Shown here: positions 1 through 11,305 of the stretch, piece by piece
How the letters are laid out: each line of letters opens with the position of its first letter
Position numbering within the stretch: position 1 is the first letter of the stretch
NCBI GenBank assembly: GCA_032718475.1
Contig: JAUCBJ010007125.1
Span: forward strand, 1-64,000
Reading direction: 5' to 3'
Length of the DNA stretch: 64,000 bases
Source: Nemertoderma westbladi
Taxonomy: Eukaryota > Animalia > Xenacoelomorpha
Made by a program: the position numbers and the translations under genes
Notes under the pieces: generated by a model
What the model saw: the letters and a program-made list of their open reading frames with translations, nothing else
What the model was told of the DNA's origin: nothing
The model's database searches: none

Positions 1-2
1 TT

Positions 3-647
3 TTTGCGGTTTGCCCTCAATTTATGACTCAATGTCACCACTGTCAACTAAAGGGACACTCCAGTTTCGATTGCCCTTTTTAATCGCGATTTGGAAAGCG
101 TAGATGAAATGATCACACTACGTTACATTAGAGCTTGTGAAGCGAACGCTGATTCACATCGTGATTCGCGCCATCGCTATTATCCTGGACGCGCTTACGA
201 AGGAATTTATGCGTTCCATCCTTATCTATTCGCTTCTGTCGAACAGAAATCACGCATATCGAGTTACAGGAAGTATATCGACGGCCTTACGAGTATCGAG
301 CCCGTGAACGCGAGTTAGAAAGAACCATTAAACCAAGGAAGTTTCTAACTGCCTATGGTCCACCCACGGCCCTCGTTCAGACCACTCGTAAAGGACCCGT
401 AAGAGCGGCTGTCTTGAAACGAGCTCTCAAAGCCGTTAGACCCCTCTCCCCGGACGTTGATGTCCATCAACCCGGTACTTCGACCGGCGGATATACCGAT
501 CGCAATCCCATACCTTCTGATGCAATCATATTGCACCCTTCACCCCGGAGTTATAGCCCTCCTAGTAAAGTGGCTCGCCCCAAAGAGAAAAGGACTCTTG
601 CTAGCTTCAAAAAACTGCGTAAACGCCGTCCGCGCAAGAAAGACTAA
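3..647 (+). pseudogene. C-terminal remnant of a retrotransposon extra ORF (CCHC zinc knuckle + basic tail), homologous to the ORF at 45355/49845; two frameshifts
   Basis: Manual translation from position 3 gives AVCPQFMTQCHHCQLKGHSSFDC. After a frameshift it reads CEANADSHRDSRHR..EGIYAFHPYL. After a second frameshift it reads EVYRRPYEYRARERELERT..RKGPVRAA..PDVDV..KKLRKRRPRKKD*. These blocks match, in order, VSVCPILYNLCTTCGFRGHSS / FETYANSHMKTKVRR..CGYFSFPERL / EVIRRLYSY..RNSELERR..KGRAA..MDVDA..RRKAYQRKK* of ORF 49845-52445. Confidence 0.75.
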
Positions 648-725
648 CTGTTTAGAGTATTTTTGTATTTTAGAAACTGTGATTTTGTATATTTTATAGA
701 CTTAAATCCCATTTTCTGGGAGCGG

Positions 726-2262
726 TGTAAAAGCTTTTGTGGGATAACTGATACGTTTGCCTATGCTGGCCAGTTCCCCCCCAGGCGCTGGAATACTCTA
801 AAAAGGGTTTTCTAACTGTATATATATTCCCCTCGCCCGCAAGGTACCTTTACAGGTGTTTTAACGGACATAAAAATCATTCTGCTATATACGTGTTTTA
901 GTGGACATGGTAAGACAAAAAACTTGTAATGCACCCACCACCTTTCACAGCTTAGCCGTGATGATTCATATTACGACATCTAGCAGCTGGTTGCTGACAT
1001 GGAAACAGCCATTAGACGCGTGGTTCTTTGTTTGGCTTGGGCCAATCAGGGCGGTTTTTCCTGTCGACGTGTAGCTTTTCTGCCGATCATAAGGAGAGTG
1101 TTCAGTCTTACTGTTTTTAGAGTTGTAACTTTGTTGTTATTGCTGTCTAAGCCAGAAACACCGGCATTTTTGGATAGATACTGCTGTACCGTAAACTGCT
1201 TGAATTATCGAAAGTATAAACTGTTACCTAACTTAACGAACTACTCACTGACTTAAATCACTCATCTCACCTTGATACTTTTGCATTAATCATATTGTTT
1301 GTACTGTTATTTTACCGTCAGTTATTAATTGTAAATATTTGTTGATGGAAATATTGCTATTTGGATAATACGGATAAATCACCCAATTCCCAATTTTCTT
1401 GATAACACTACAGGTTAGAGAGACCGGCTATACATAACAATTGCGATTTATATTAATGTGGTGTGTATTGAATCCAATGTTATTTAGCAGACCCTACGTG
1501 AGTCAATTACTGCTCTCTTTATGTGTGATCAAATGTACTGACTGTCGGCATAATAGTGTGTATGATCGTGATTGGTAACAAAGTATTTCCTAAAGAATAC
1601 GTTTTATACTTTAATCATAAGCAGTATCGTTGCGTTTAGTATAAGTCTTTAGTTCTGTTTAAATAGATAAAGCGCCACGTCCTAAAGGAACTGTTAATAT
1701 TTCCCGAAAGCCAATAATATCTGTCAGAGATTAATTATTAACGATCTATCGAATAATACATTAGGTATACACTGCAACCTTACACTGTAATAATACAATT
1801 CAAGCATCCGAATTCAGTCTCCCGGGTGTAGATCCATCGGGTGAATGATCGCGCATGGGCTGACTTCGGCTAATGTTTTGCGTATTAGCATAAATTATTG
1901 TCGTATGCTAAAGTGGTTGTAATTAACTAGAAGACATATAAAATTTGGCAGGTTAAACTGCTAAAGGTCTTCAAAAGCGCGAACAACTCTGTCTCGCTGG
2001 TTCCGTATGTAGTGCGGTTTTAACGTCCTCCGAAGATTCTAGGACCCTCGGGGGGCGTCCCGCATACGACTCGGCGTCAAGGTTTACAACCTAGATATCT
2101 AACAACGCCTGAGTCTGTCAGTCTGTGGATTGATTGCCCCTGGAACTCCTACATCACACCAAAGTCCTGCTTCTCCACTTAATCCAGGCTGGTCTCTGAC
2201 TATGGGTTCCGACTGTCACGTTTCGTGGTCCAAATGCTAGAGAGGCCAGATCCCCAACAACA
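726..2262 (+). mobile_element. Putative 3' LTR of an LTR retrotransposon truncated by the window start
   Basis: Purine-rich GGGAGCGG directly precedes TGTAAAAG (726), ~80 bp after the ORF stop. The candidate end is CCCCAACAACA (2262). Length is ~1.54 kb, similar to the 1.49 kb LTR at 52620. Both share TCCT(G/C)CTTCTCCAC near the 3' end. The partner LTR and TSD are outside the window, so the ends are inferred. Confidence 0.5.
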
Positions 2263-3217
2263 TCACGGCGTTCATTTATATGTGTTTGGAGTATGAGGCC
2301 TTTTTTAAATTCCAATTCTACCAAATTCAATTGTTATTAATCACATTTCACTAACATTTAATTAATTTGAAGTTTAATTGTAGGGCCTATCAATTAAAGA
2401 GTACAAAATACAATATACAATTGAATTGAAGTAAACAATAAACAGCAATAAAACTACCAGTATAAATTAAAGTAACAAAACGCTATATACACTATTTATT
2501 TAAGTAAGCAAAACTCATTAAACAATTAAACGTAAATAAAAACGCAACTCTGCAGTACAGCTGCAGTAGGCCTACTGACTGACCACAAAATGACTGTATG
2601 AGTCATTTATTGGCAATGAATCATGTGACTGATTTTTAATTGCAATGTGTGTCAAGCACCACTAAAGTTCTTATGAAATGTTTGTCAAGTTATAAAGTCA
2701 CCGAAAGTATATTCTAGTTATACAAAATTTGTTAAGAATTTGGTAAGTGCATTGCATGATAAGTGCCCACCAAATTATTTCTTAATAATATCTATACTGT
2801 ACTTGGCAAGTATTTTTTAATTCCTTAACAAAGAATGCAAAATGTGGTAATTGTAAAATTTTAGTAAATTTATCATGCCAGTAACTTGCCATTAGGTAGT
2901 ACTTTACTAATACAGTAATATGATAAGATTCTCTGACAGTCTATCCTTCAGTATAATATGATGATATGGGCTACTTTACAGCTTTAAGACTATGACCTAA
3001 ATTTTGAGTCTCACGTATAGGCAATACTGCAATAGGCAGATAGGATGTACAGATGTAGGAGTTTATATCTACCCACTGCATGTGTAGGCCAGTAGGCTAT
3101 GTATTGCATTATATATCTGTATATTGTATTATACGAACAGTAGCCTATTTCTACTTGTACAGTTGTATAGTGTAGTGTATACTACACTCTGACACTGGTT
3201 TTAGTATAGGCCTACTC

Positions 3218-3398
3218 CTTTTTGTATGCGTTTCTCACTCGTTTGTACCGTACTCTTTTGGACTATTTTTGCACTCTCTTCGTTCTCTTGTACTATTTTT
3301 TTTGCACACTTTTGTACTATTTTTGCACTTTATTGTACTCTTTCTGTCTTTTGTACTATATTGTACTATTTTGTATTTTTTTGTACTTTTTTGTACAG
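3218..3398. repeat. T-rich low-complexity repeat (TTTTGTACT-like units)
   Basis: Degenerate repeats of ttttgtact/ttttgcact. Confidence 0.75.
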
Positions 3399-5324
3399 AT
3401 TCGTCGGACCGGGGCGTTCCTTACTCCCATCGGCACATCGGCAGATCCAGACAGCCAGAGATCGGCCCATCCAATCTTCTGACAGTCTGACCTTTGTCTA
3501 CTCCTACTGGAACAAAATAGCCTAACTAGGCCTAAATACTGAAATAATATACTGCTGTACTGATATAGGCCTACTGACTGACTGATATAGAATTGTGATT
3601 CAAGATTCAATTGTTTATTACTCTTCAAATCACCAACCAAATATTAAAACAACTAGGCCTTTCCAACAATGTCAAAATTTATATCCTTTATATTCAGATA
3701 TTCAGATATTCTGCCTATGGCAGTATGGCCTATCTGCTTTATATAATTTAGGCATACGGCAGTACGTGCAGTACGGTACATCGTTATTTTAAGATTTTAT
3801 GAAAAACCATAAAAAACCAATTTTTCGCCTTTTTTAAAAGTTTGTTAAACCAAAAAACCATAAAAACCCAATAGCTGAATGGTGAGAAAAACCATTGGTT
3901 TCCAACCCTGACACTGACTGACTGATACACATCCACATCCTGGCAGCCTGGGGTAAAAAAACGATGGAGAATCTATTTACAGGCTGACAGGTACCGGTTG
4001 TTCAATTAGTCTAATAGCACTAGGCCTATTATCTGATTATTGCCTTCAGCTGTTCAGAGCGGAAAATGCGCTCGTCTCGTTATAGCAGGCTGTTACAAGC
4101 ATTAAGCAATGCAATCTCTCACACCATCGGATCTTCGATATCAAGCTGTCAAGATGTCAGGTTGCAGTGATCAAGGACGAGAGACGAGATGAAGGTTGTC
4201 TCTCAACTCATGCAGTCATGTACCGGGATACCACGGACATATACAGTTGGGTATTCTCAGCGAGATTTGGTTTCTTTGTGAAACCAAATCTGGTTTCACA
4301 AATTCAAAGTATCACTAACAAATCCCTTTCAAAAATTAAATTTAAAAATTGTAATAATAATCATAGGAATAGATTTACAAAAATAATACCACCAGAAGGC
4401 CCTTACAAAACTGTATTGTTTGTACGTTACGAAATTTTGTTTCCATGTGCTGTTTTTGAATAAACACAACAAAAACAATTTGCGACCAGATTTGGTTTCA
4501 CGACATTTTCTTTAGGTTGGAATAATGATGTAATGGCGGTCTGCCTTTGAGTTACCACTGCACCTTGGATGAGTGACAGACTAATTGCCTCTGGGCTTTC
4601 AGCTAACCAGCTAACTGGAGCCTCACAGAGAGCACAGGTGGCTAGGAAGGGAGAATAGTTAGCTGGTTAGTTAGGCAAGCTGGTGGATATGAGGTAGACA
4701 CACACCAGGCCAAGCCAGCCTAGCTACAGCTCTGTCGGTATTACTTACTAACCGACCTTGTGTATGTTGATGGCTTGCCGCCCACCTTGGACACAATGCA
4801 ATTTGGGTTGTGTTCCAATATGTTAATGTAAAGGCCTCACCTCTTGCTTACAACCCTGTGGGCTTAGGCTGTGGTTTTATTAAACCGTCATATTGGCCTA
4901 CTGTATGTAGCTAGGGTGGATGAGCTACATGAGCTGAAGTTTCCCTAAAATTATACTTGGACATGGACAAGTTGGCCTTTAGTCTGTCTATATATTGCAT
5001 CGCATTCAATAAATTACATCTTGTTGTCTGAGACAGGGGGGGGGGGGGGGGGGGGGGGGATGGGGAAACTGGACGCAAAACCCGCCTTGGCGAATTAAAA
5101 TCCCTCATGTACAGTACATTATGTGGATCCATAGTTACAGCAATTAAAATCTAAGAGCACGCGAAGGGGTGGGGCATTCGCACCCCCCCCCCCCCCCCCA
5201 GTAGTATAGGGTTAAATGTCAAGTAATTATTTCGAATAATCGTATCAAGTCATTTACTGTTATTTTAATTATCATTCAGCTACAACAAATTATTTGTAAT
5301 ATTATGGGTGTAAAGTAAACGTTA

Positions 5325-5441
5325 AGCAGACACTGGTGCAGACAGTGATGCAGACAGTGGTTCAGACACTGGTGCAGACAGTGGTGCAGACAGTAGTGCA
5401 GACAGTGATGTAGACAGTGGTGCAGACGCCGGTGCAGACAG
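5325..5441 (-). repeat. 12-bp minisatellite (GTCTGCACCACT), left arm, ~9-10 copies
   Basis: Tandem agtggtgcagac on the + strand. Confidence 0.9.
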
Positions 5442-5993
5442 TAAAGGGGCGAGCAGGTTAGTAAAGGAGCAGGATTCAGATGAGTATTGGGGGAACCAAA
5501 ACAATAAACGTTATTGTTTTGCGGGCTAAGAATACCCAAGGGCCAAGAATACTCAATTCCTGAGACCTTACTGTAGTTAGTGAATTTATCTCCCCAGAAT
5601 GAGACAAAAACTTAATGAGCTCGTTTTATTATACAGTAATAAGCAGTGGCTCCAGTGCTCCAGTAAAGGTAAACAAATTAAACATACTCTGAATAAGGTA
5701 GGTCATGTATAAACAATCAAACACACACAACACACTTCGTACACACAACACACCACTTATAATTATTTGTAATCAGGCAGTCAGGGCACATTCACCGGCA
5801 CGCACCCCGGCTTGTACTACATACGTCCTCCCTACTTCATGTACAACCTTTCAGTAGTTACTCGCATATTTGTAGATAATAAAGTCTATGATAAAATATT
5901 AATATAATATAATAGGCCTAGTGCCTGGTGGTATTGTGTTTTGTGGTACTCTGGCTGTCTGGTATTTCAGTCTGACAGTATTTTCACCAGGCT

Positions 5994-6990
5994 GCCAGGT
6001 GTTTGCACCAGTGTCGGCACCAGTCTGCACCAGTGTCTGCACCACTGTCCGCACCAGGTGTCTGCACCACTGTCTGCACCACTCTGTCTGCACCACTATC
6101 TGCACCACTGTCTGCACCACTGTCTGCACCAGTGTCAGCACCACTGTCCGCACCAGGTGTCTGCACCACTGCCTGCACCACTGTCCGCACCAGGTGTCTG
6201 CACCACTGCCTGCACAACTGTCTGCACCACTGTCTGCACCAGTGTCTGCACCACTGTCTGCACCAGGTGCCTGCACCACTGCCTGCACCACTGTCCGCAC
6301 CAGGTGTCTGCACCACTGCCTGCACCACTGTCTGCACCACTGTCTGCACCACTGTCTGCACCAGTGTCTGCACCACTGTCCGTACCAGCACCAGGTGTCT
6401 GCACCACTGTCCGTACCAGCACCAGGTGTCTGCACCACTGTCCGTACCAGCACCAGGTGTCTGCACCACTGCCTGCACCACTGTCTGCACCACTGTCTGC
6501 ACCAGTGTCTGCACCACTGTCTGCACCAGGTGTCTGCAGCACTGCCTGCACCACTGTCTGCACCACTGTCCGCACCAGGTGTCTGCACCACTGCCTGCAC
6601 CACTGTCTGCACCACTGTCTGCACCAGTGTCTGCACCACTGTCTGCACCACTGTCTGCACCACTGTCTGCACCACTGTCTGCACCACTGTCTGCACCAGT
6701 GTCTGCACCACTGTCTGCACCACTGTCTGCACCACTGTCTGCACCAGTGTCTGCCCTGCACCACTGTTTGCACCACTGTCTGCCTGCACCAGTGTCTGCA
6801 CCACTGTCTGCACCAGTGTCTGCACCACTGTCCGTACCAGCACCAGGTGTCTGCACCACTGTCCGTACCAGCACCAGGTGTCTGCACCACTGTCCGTACC
6901 AGCACCAGGTGTCTGCACCACTGTCCGCACCAGGTGTCTGCACCACTGTCCGCACCAGCTGTCTGCACCAATGTCTGCACTACTGTCTGC
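5994..6990 (+). repeat. 12-bp minisatellite (GTCTGCACCACT and variants), right arm, ~80 copies
   Basis: Tandem gtctgcaccact / gtctgcaccagt / gtccgcaccaggt. This explains the six-frame SAPL/HHCL/CTTV ORFs. Confidence 0.95.
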
Positions 6991-8914
6991 TTAACGTTTA
7001 CACCCTAATATTATGATTACGGATTACCTATTTATTATATGTTTCCGGACATTATGTTTGCATTATTACTGTCGGACACTCGGACAGAATATAGGCCTAT
7101 GTTCCCACATTTTTGGTATTTTTTGGGAACATAATGTCCGGGAACATACAGTCCCGCGGAACATATGTCCTGTTGTCGTTTGTCCAGGCTGCCAGAGCCA
7201 GGTACCTGGGAACTTAACTAAAACCCAATACCAATCACCAATATCTGGCAATATTGGGCTGCAGCCATATAAGCATAGAGATTAATAGCAATAGCCATAT
7301 TCCACATTAAACTGTTAAACCCACTCTCTTGTCTCTCCTTAATCTGACCACCATTAATTACTTCCACACCAACACACAGCAGCCAGGCAGCAACAGGTTT
7401 GGCTACACAATAAAACTAACTATCCCTATACGGATATAATAGTAACTGATTAAGGCTGTGCGTAAGGACTGTGGACTACTGCGGGTTGGAGGTTAATAAC
7501 CTGCCTTGGCTATGGTATATTATTAGCCTTGGGCAATGCTGTGCTAGCCAGCTAGCTACCCAAGACTCTGGTGTATATAAAGCAAAGCCTTAGTTTAGGT
7601 ACATACTGTAAACAGAGGTACCTTCCTACAGGAGAACATGGCCTCAGGGCTAAATACATGAAATAGACAGATAGAAGAGCACCAACTTCCAGCCAGTGCT
7701 GCAGTGCTTGTTGTTAGGCAATTGACTCTCAGATACATGTCACTCATATCCCAGTAGCAAAGTCGGGCATCCTTTGATGTCCTGAGATCTCAAAGGAAAC
7801 CAGATTTGGTTTCAATTTAGAGTAAGAGTGAAACCAGATTTGGTTTCATGAGGAAACCAAATCTCGCTGAGAATACCCAACTGATATATATAGATTGTTT
7901 TGTTCGGATATGTATTCAGGTATTCGATGGCCAATCCTTCGGAAATGCGACGGTCAGACGGTCTGACGGTCGAACGGGGATGTTGTGTACTTGTACTTTG
8001 ACAGTTTGAGGTTGAGGTAGACCCGATGTAATGGTTCCAGTGTACATTGTATAGGCCTAACCCGTAACTGGACAGACAATGTTAAATCAAACAGAACAAC
8101 GTATTCCTTAATTATGTGATTTAACTCCAGAACTCGGATAAACTCTCATAAACACATTACTGCTGTACTGAGTGGCGTTCAGAAGCAATAGCCAGATAGC
8201 GGGAACGTCAAGCATCGAAGCGATAAGAAAAAGCCGATAGTAGACAGTCGTGTCAAGTGTCTACGCAATCACTGGATCGTCACACTTTGGAATTATATTG
8301 TGTTGTGATATATGTTACAATTTCGTAATAAATAATAATATATATAATAAAGTACGGTAGCCTAATAACATAAATTACCTGATAGTAATACTAGCCTAAG
8401 TACCGGTAGTAAGTAGGCCCTATGGTATTAATACAGTAATATAAAGTGATAATATAAAGTACTTAATAATAATACGACTATAAATAAAGTAGTTATAAAA
8501 TAATTAAATTTATTGTGCATCTTTAAACAAATAATACATACAGACATAGCTGCATAGAAACTAAATAACGCCACCTGATAACGAAGGAATACAAAAGGGC
8601 ATAACTGCATAACAAAAGGGATTAATAACATAATATAACATAACATAATTTCAACAGATCAATGAAAAACTAATACCAGACTGCCAGAAATAGATTCTAC
8701 ATAATTTTTTACCCTGCAGGATGTGTATGTTTATCTTTCAAAATGGTTACCTTACCAGTAACATAAACAACATGGCCTTTGCTAGCGAAGTCTGGATTTA
8801 CCGTGTACCAACCATTCATTGCTTCAGTAGTCCTTGAGTAGGCCTATTACAGTATTAACGACATGCTATATATAATAACGATGAACAAGAAGTATCTATA
8901 TAATATTTAAACGA

Positions 8915-9071
8915 ATGACGAATGTCATGATGGCTGATTTGGCTGAGTTGGAAAATGAAATGGACGACCTTCGTGACATTCTGAATTCCGATAGCATCAC
9001 GGTCGACAACTATGCTGATGAGATAGGTGAACTAAAAAGCAGGGACATTATATTCGAAACTGTACAACAAG
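8915..9071 (+). CDS. fem-1: Fem-1 homolog, putative first coding exon
   Basis: MTNVMMADLAELENE...IIFETVQQG followed by G|GTAGGC (phase 1). It joins exon 2 to give FETVQQGKLYRLKSFL, comparable to vertebrate FEM1A/C VYNAARDGKLQLLQKLL. The start codon is uncertain (three nearby Met codons). Confidence 0.7.
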
Positions 9072-10049
9072 GTAGGCGACAGGCGTGCGTGTGCGTAACC
9101 TTTTTTCGTATTTACGAATTTTTCTTTAGTCAGTTAGTCCTACCGACGACCGACCTACCGTAGCTGTTTTTCACTCATACTCCATTCCCAGTTCCAGGGC
9201 GCAATTAAATTTATATATCAGCTTATATGTTAATGTTTTAGGTCCTATTTCCTGATTTCAATATTTTTGTGCATTGAGGTAGGCCTATTTTATATCCAAA
9301 GTATTTGTTTATTGTTCACTTCGTACAGTCACAGTAACAGAGTAATGGCTGAATCGCTGACTAACAATAGTAATAGTCTGATGGTACAAAAGACTGAAAA
9401 ATTAAATGTAGTGCCGGTAGGCGTAGACCTACTGACTGGTAAGCAGATAAAAGAGAAAAAACACAAGCGAAACGAGCGAAATTTTTGATTTTTGGTGATC
9501 ATAATTCTGGATGGATACCTTTGTGCTTTGGTGGCATTGCTGCATAGAGCATCCGGAAGTCTTCAGCCAAATTGAAAACAATTTTCATATTTCCTTATAA
9601 TTTAACAAATTTTGTGCGATGAGTAGCTTCCCTATACGAATTTCCAAACCGAGGGAAAAATGTCGGGATTTCTCGGGATTTGCTATTTCTAAATTTATAT
9701 GACATACAGCTTAAAATTTATAAAATTGATAAAAATTTACAATTTTTGCCAATAACAACAAAAACAAAAATATTTGTCAAAAATAAAAATATTGAATAAT
9801 AATGAAAAAGTATAGGTACCGGTACCGGTTTTGCTTTTACAACTACCTGCAGTGCTACATAAAATATAGATGTATATATATAAATACATGAATGTCTATA
9901 AATAATAGAAACACTTGTTTCTATGCTTTTTATTGAATATGATAAACATTTTTATGTGGCAGCTGATTTCAAGTATATACAATGCACACATCGCCACTCA
10001 AACACTATATAACATTATAGGTTTCTCATCGGTTCCCCCAAGCTTGACA

Positions 10050-10260
10050 CTTGAACAACTTTTCACCGTGAGTACCAGCCTGTGCACATTCTTGTGCTTT
10101 TGCAGCCCCGTGGAGAAAGTAAACATGGTGGACAGCCCATGACTTTCTTGAGACGCATCTTAAAGACACTGGCCTTGAAGCTGCGGATGATCTAGCAAAT
10201 GTCATGGGTGATAGGGAGTTGTGGCGGCGCAATTTTGTTGATACGCCGGCCTAGCATTCT
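10050..10260 (+). mobile_element. Degraded 3' end of a non-LTR retrotransposon (RTE-like LINE)
   Basis: Translates to PRGESKHGGQPMTF and DTGLEAADDLANVMGDRELWRR, resembling the G.R.RGRP ... A.DR..WR C-terminus of RTE-clade ORFs. Confidence 0.5.
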
Positions 10261-10843
10261 TAATCCCCGATGTATTGGGCTTGCCAATTGCGGATTGCAT
10301 GGTGGTGGCTAAGTAATTTTGTTTAGCCAGCATAGCATCTCAATGTGCAGCTTCAATGCAGCAGGAGCAGACCGATATAGCAGCGATTCAGTCAGACTGC
10401 AGTAGATATATTAAAGTGTTGCAGAAATTATATTAAATACGTAAGTGAAATGAAATACGTACGTGGGAAATAAACTACGTCTGTGAACCATTTGCAAAAT
10501 AATAATTGCAAAATATTTTTACATATCGAGACATTATTTAGTACGTATGAGATTTCTCGAAAGTTATTTACTAAGATTTGGAGGAGTATGGCCGCAATAA
10601 ATCCCGATATCCCAACAGTTGCAATCCCGATCCCAAATCCCGTTGCAACACTACCGTACATTCAGCAATTATTTGTTCTGATAAGTTTTCTTTACTAATA
10701 TAGTAGTTACCCATGGGAGTCTTACTTATAGCCAGTAATCCAAATTGTCGACATGCTACAGCTAGGGGGTCTGACATTTACGACGTTTATATGTTAAGGA
10801 TAGAGGGTGTTATTATTATTCGGGAGGCCTTTTGGGCCTAAAC

Positions 10844-10895
10844 CCTTCTTCAGGCGATTATTAAAATAATTATTTTAATAATCGCCTGAAGAAGG
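10844..10895. repeat. Perfect 52-bp palindrome
   Basis: CCTTCTTCAGGCGATTATTAAAATAA|TTATTTTAATAATCGCCTGAAGAAGG. Outer inverted arms are GTTTATATGTTAAG (~10785-10798) and CTTAACATATAAAC (10896-10909). Confidence 0.9.
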
Positions 10896-11135
10896 CTTAA
10901 CATATAAACTTCGTTACTTGTAGCCAACTGATTCATTAACACTTATCTAATAATACAGGGCATGGCCGAGGGCCTTCAAAATTCATTACGGTTTGAGACG
11001 CTAAGCACTACATTCTGACATTATCATTGTTCTGCTGCTCCCTAACTTCCCATTCCTTACCACCCGTTTAACCATTGTTAAAACTAAACTATATGCATAA
11101 ACACTTCGTTCTTCGTTGTTGGAATTTGTTTTTAG

Positions 11136-11305
11136 GTAAATTGTATCGTTTAAAGAGTTTCTTGGAACGCATCCCTAAATCTCGTGCCAAACAGATTTTG
11201 ACTCTCACAATGAATGGGGCGACACCGCTGCTTATCGCATGTCGTTTCGGCCACGTAGAAGTTGTAAAATATCTTATCAATATGCACAAAGTAAATATAG
11301 ACCAG
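11136..11305 (+). CDS. fem-1: Fem-1 homolog exon 2 (ankyrin repeat)
   Basis: Acceptor tttag|, encodes GKLYRL..GATPLLIACRFGHVEVVKYLINMHKVNIDQ, donor CAG|GTTGGT (phase 0). Confidence 0.9.

Larger units (their letters stand above)
5306..7005. mobile_element. Foldback/Mutator-like element with minisatellite arms, nested in the 4244-7883 element
   Basis: Termini are GGGTGTAAA(GTAAA)CGTTAAGCAGACA.. and ..TGTCTGCTTAACGTTTACACCC. An exact 9-bp TSD, TAATATTAT, lies at 5297-5305 and 7006-7014. Both arms consist of the same 12-bp unit in opposite orientation. Confidence 0.85.
4244..7883. mobile_element. Non-autonomous DNA transposon with ~50-bp TIRs
   Basis: The left end CAGTTGGGTATTCTCAGCGAGATTTGGTTTC.. 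is the reverse complement of the right end ..GAAACCAAATCTCGCTGAGAATACCCAACTG. ATATA flanks both sides. Subterminal GAAACCA(A/G)AT(C/T)TGGTTTC palindromes are present. No transposase ORF. Confidence 0.85.

Noticed and set aside
726-2262. Being the missing 5' LTR of the element ending at 54113
   Set aside because: The sequence does not match 52620-54113 beyond a short motif, and it follows its own ORF and PPT.
3222-3525. Hydrophobic F/Y/C-rich ORFs as membrane proteins
   Set aside because: They are translations of a T-rich low-complexity tract.
5036-5200. Poly-G/poly-C runs (also 33445 and 36327) as functional G-quadruplexes
   Set aside because: They lie within or beside transposon-derived sequence, homopolymer lengths are unreliable, and there is no further support.
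5899-7016. Six overlapping 280-360 aa ORFs (SAPL/HHCL/CTTV repeats)
   Set aside because: They are translations of a stop-free 12-bp minisatellite inside a foldback element; all frames are open and there is no coding signal.
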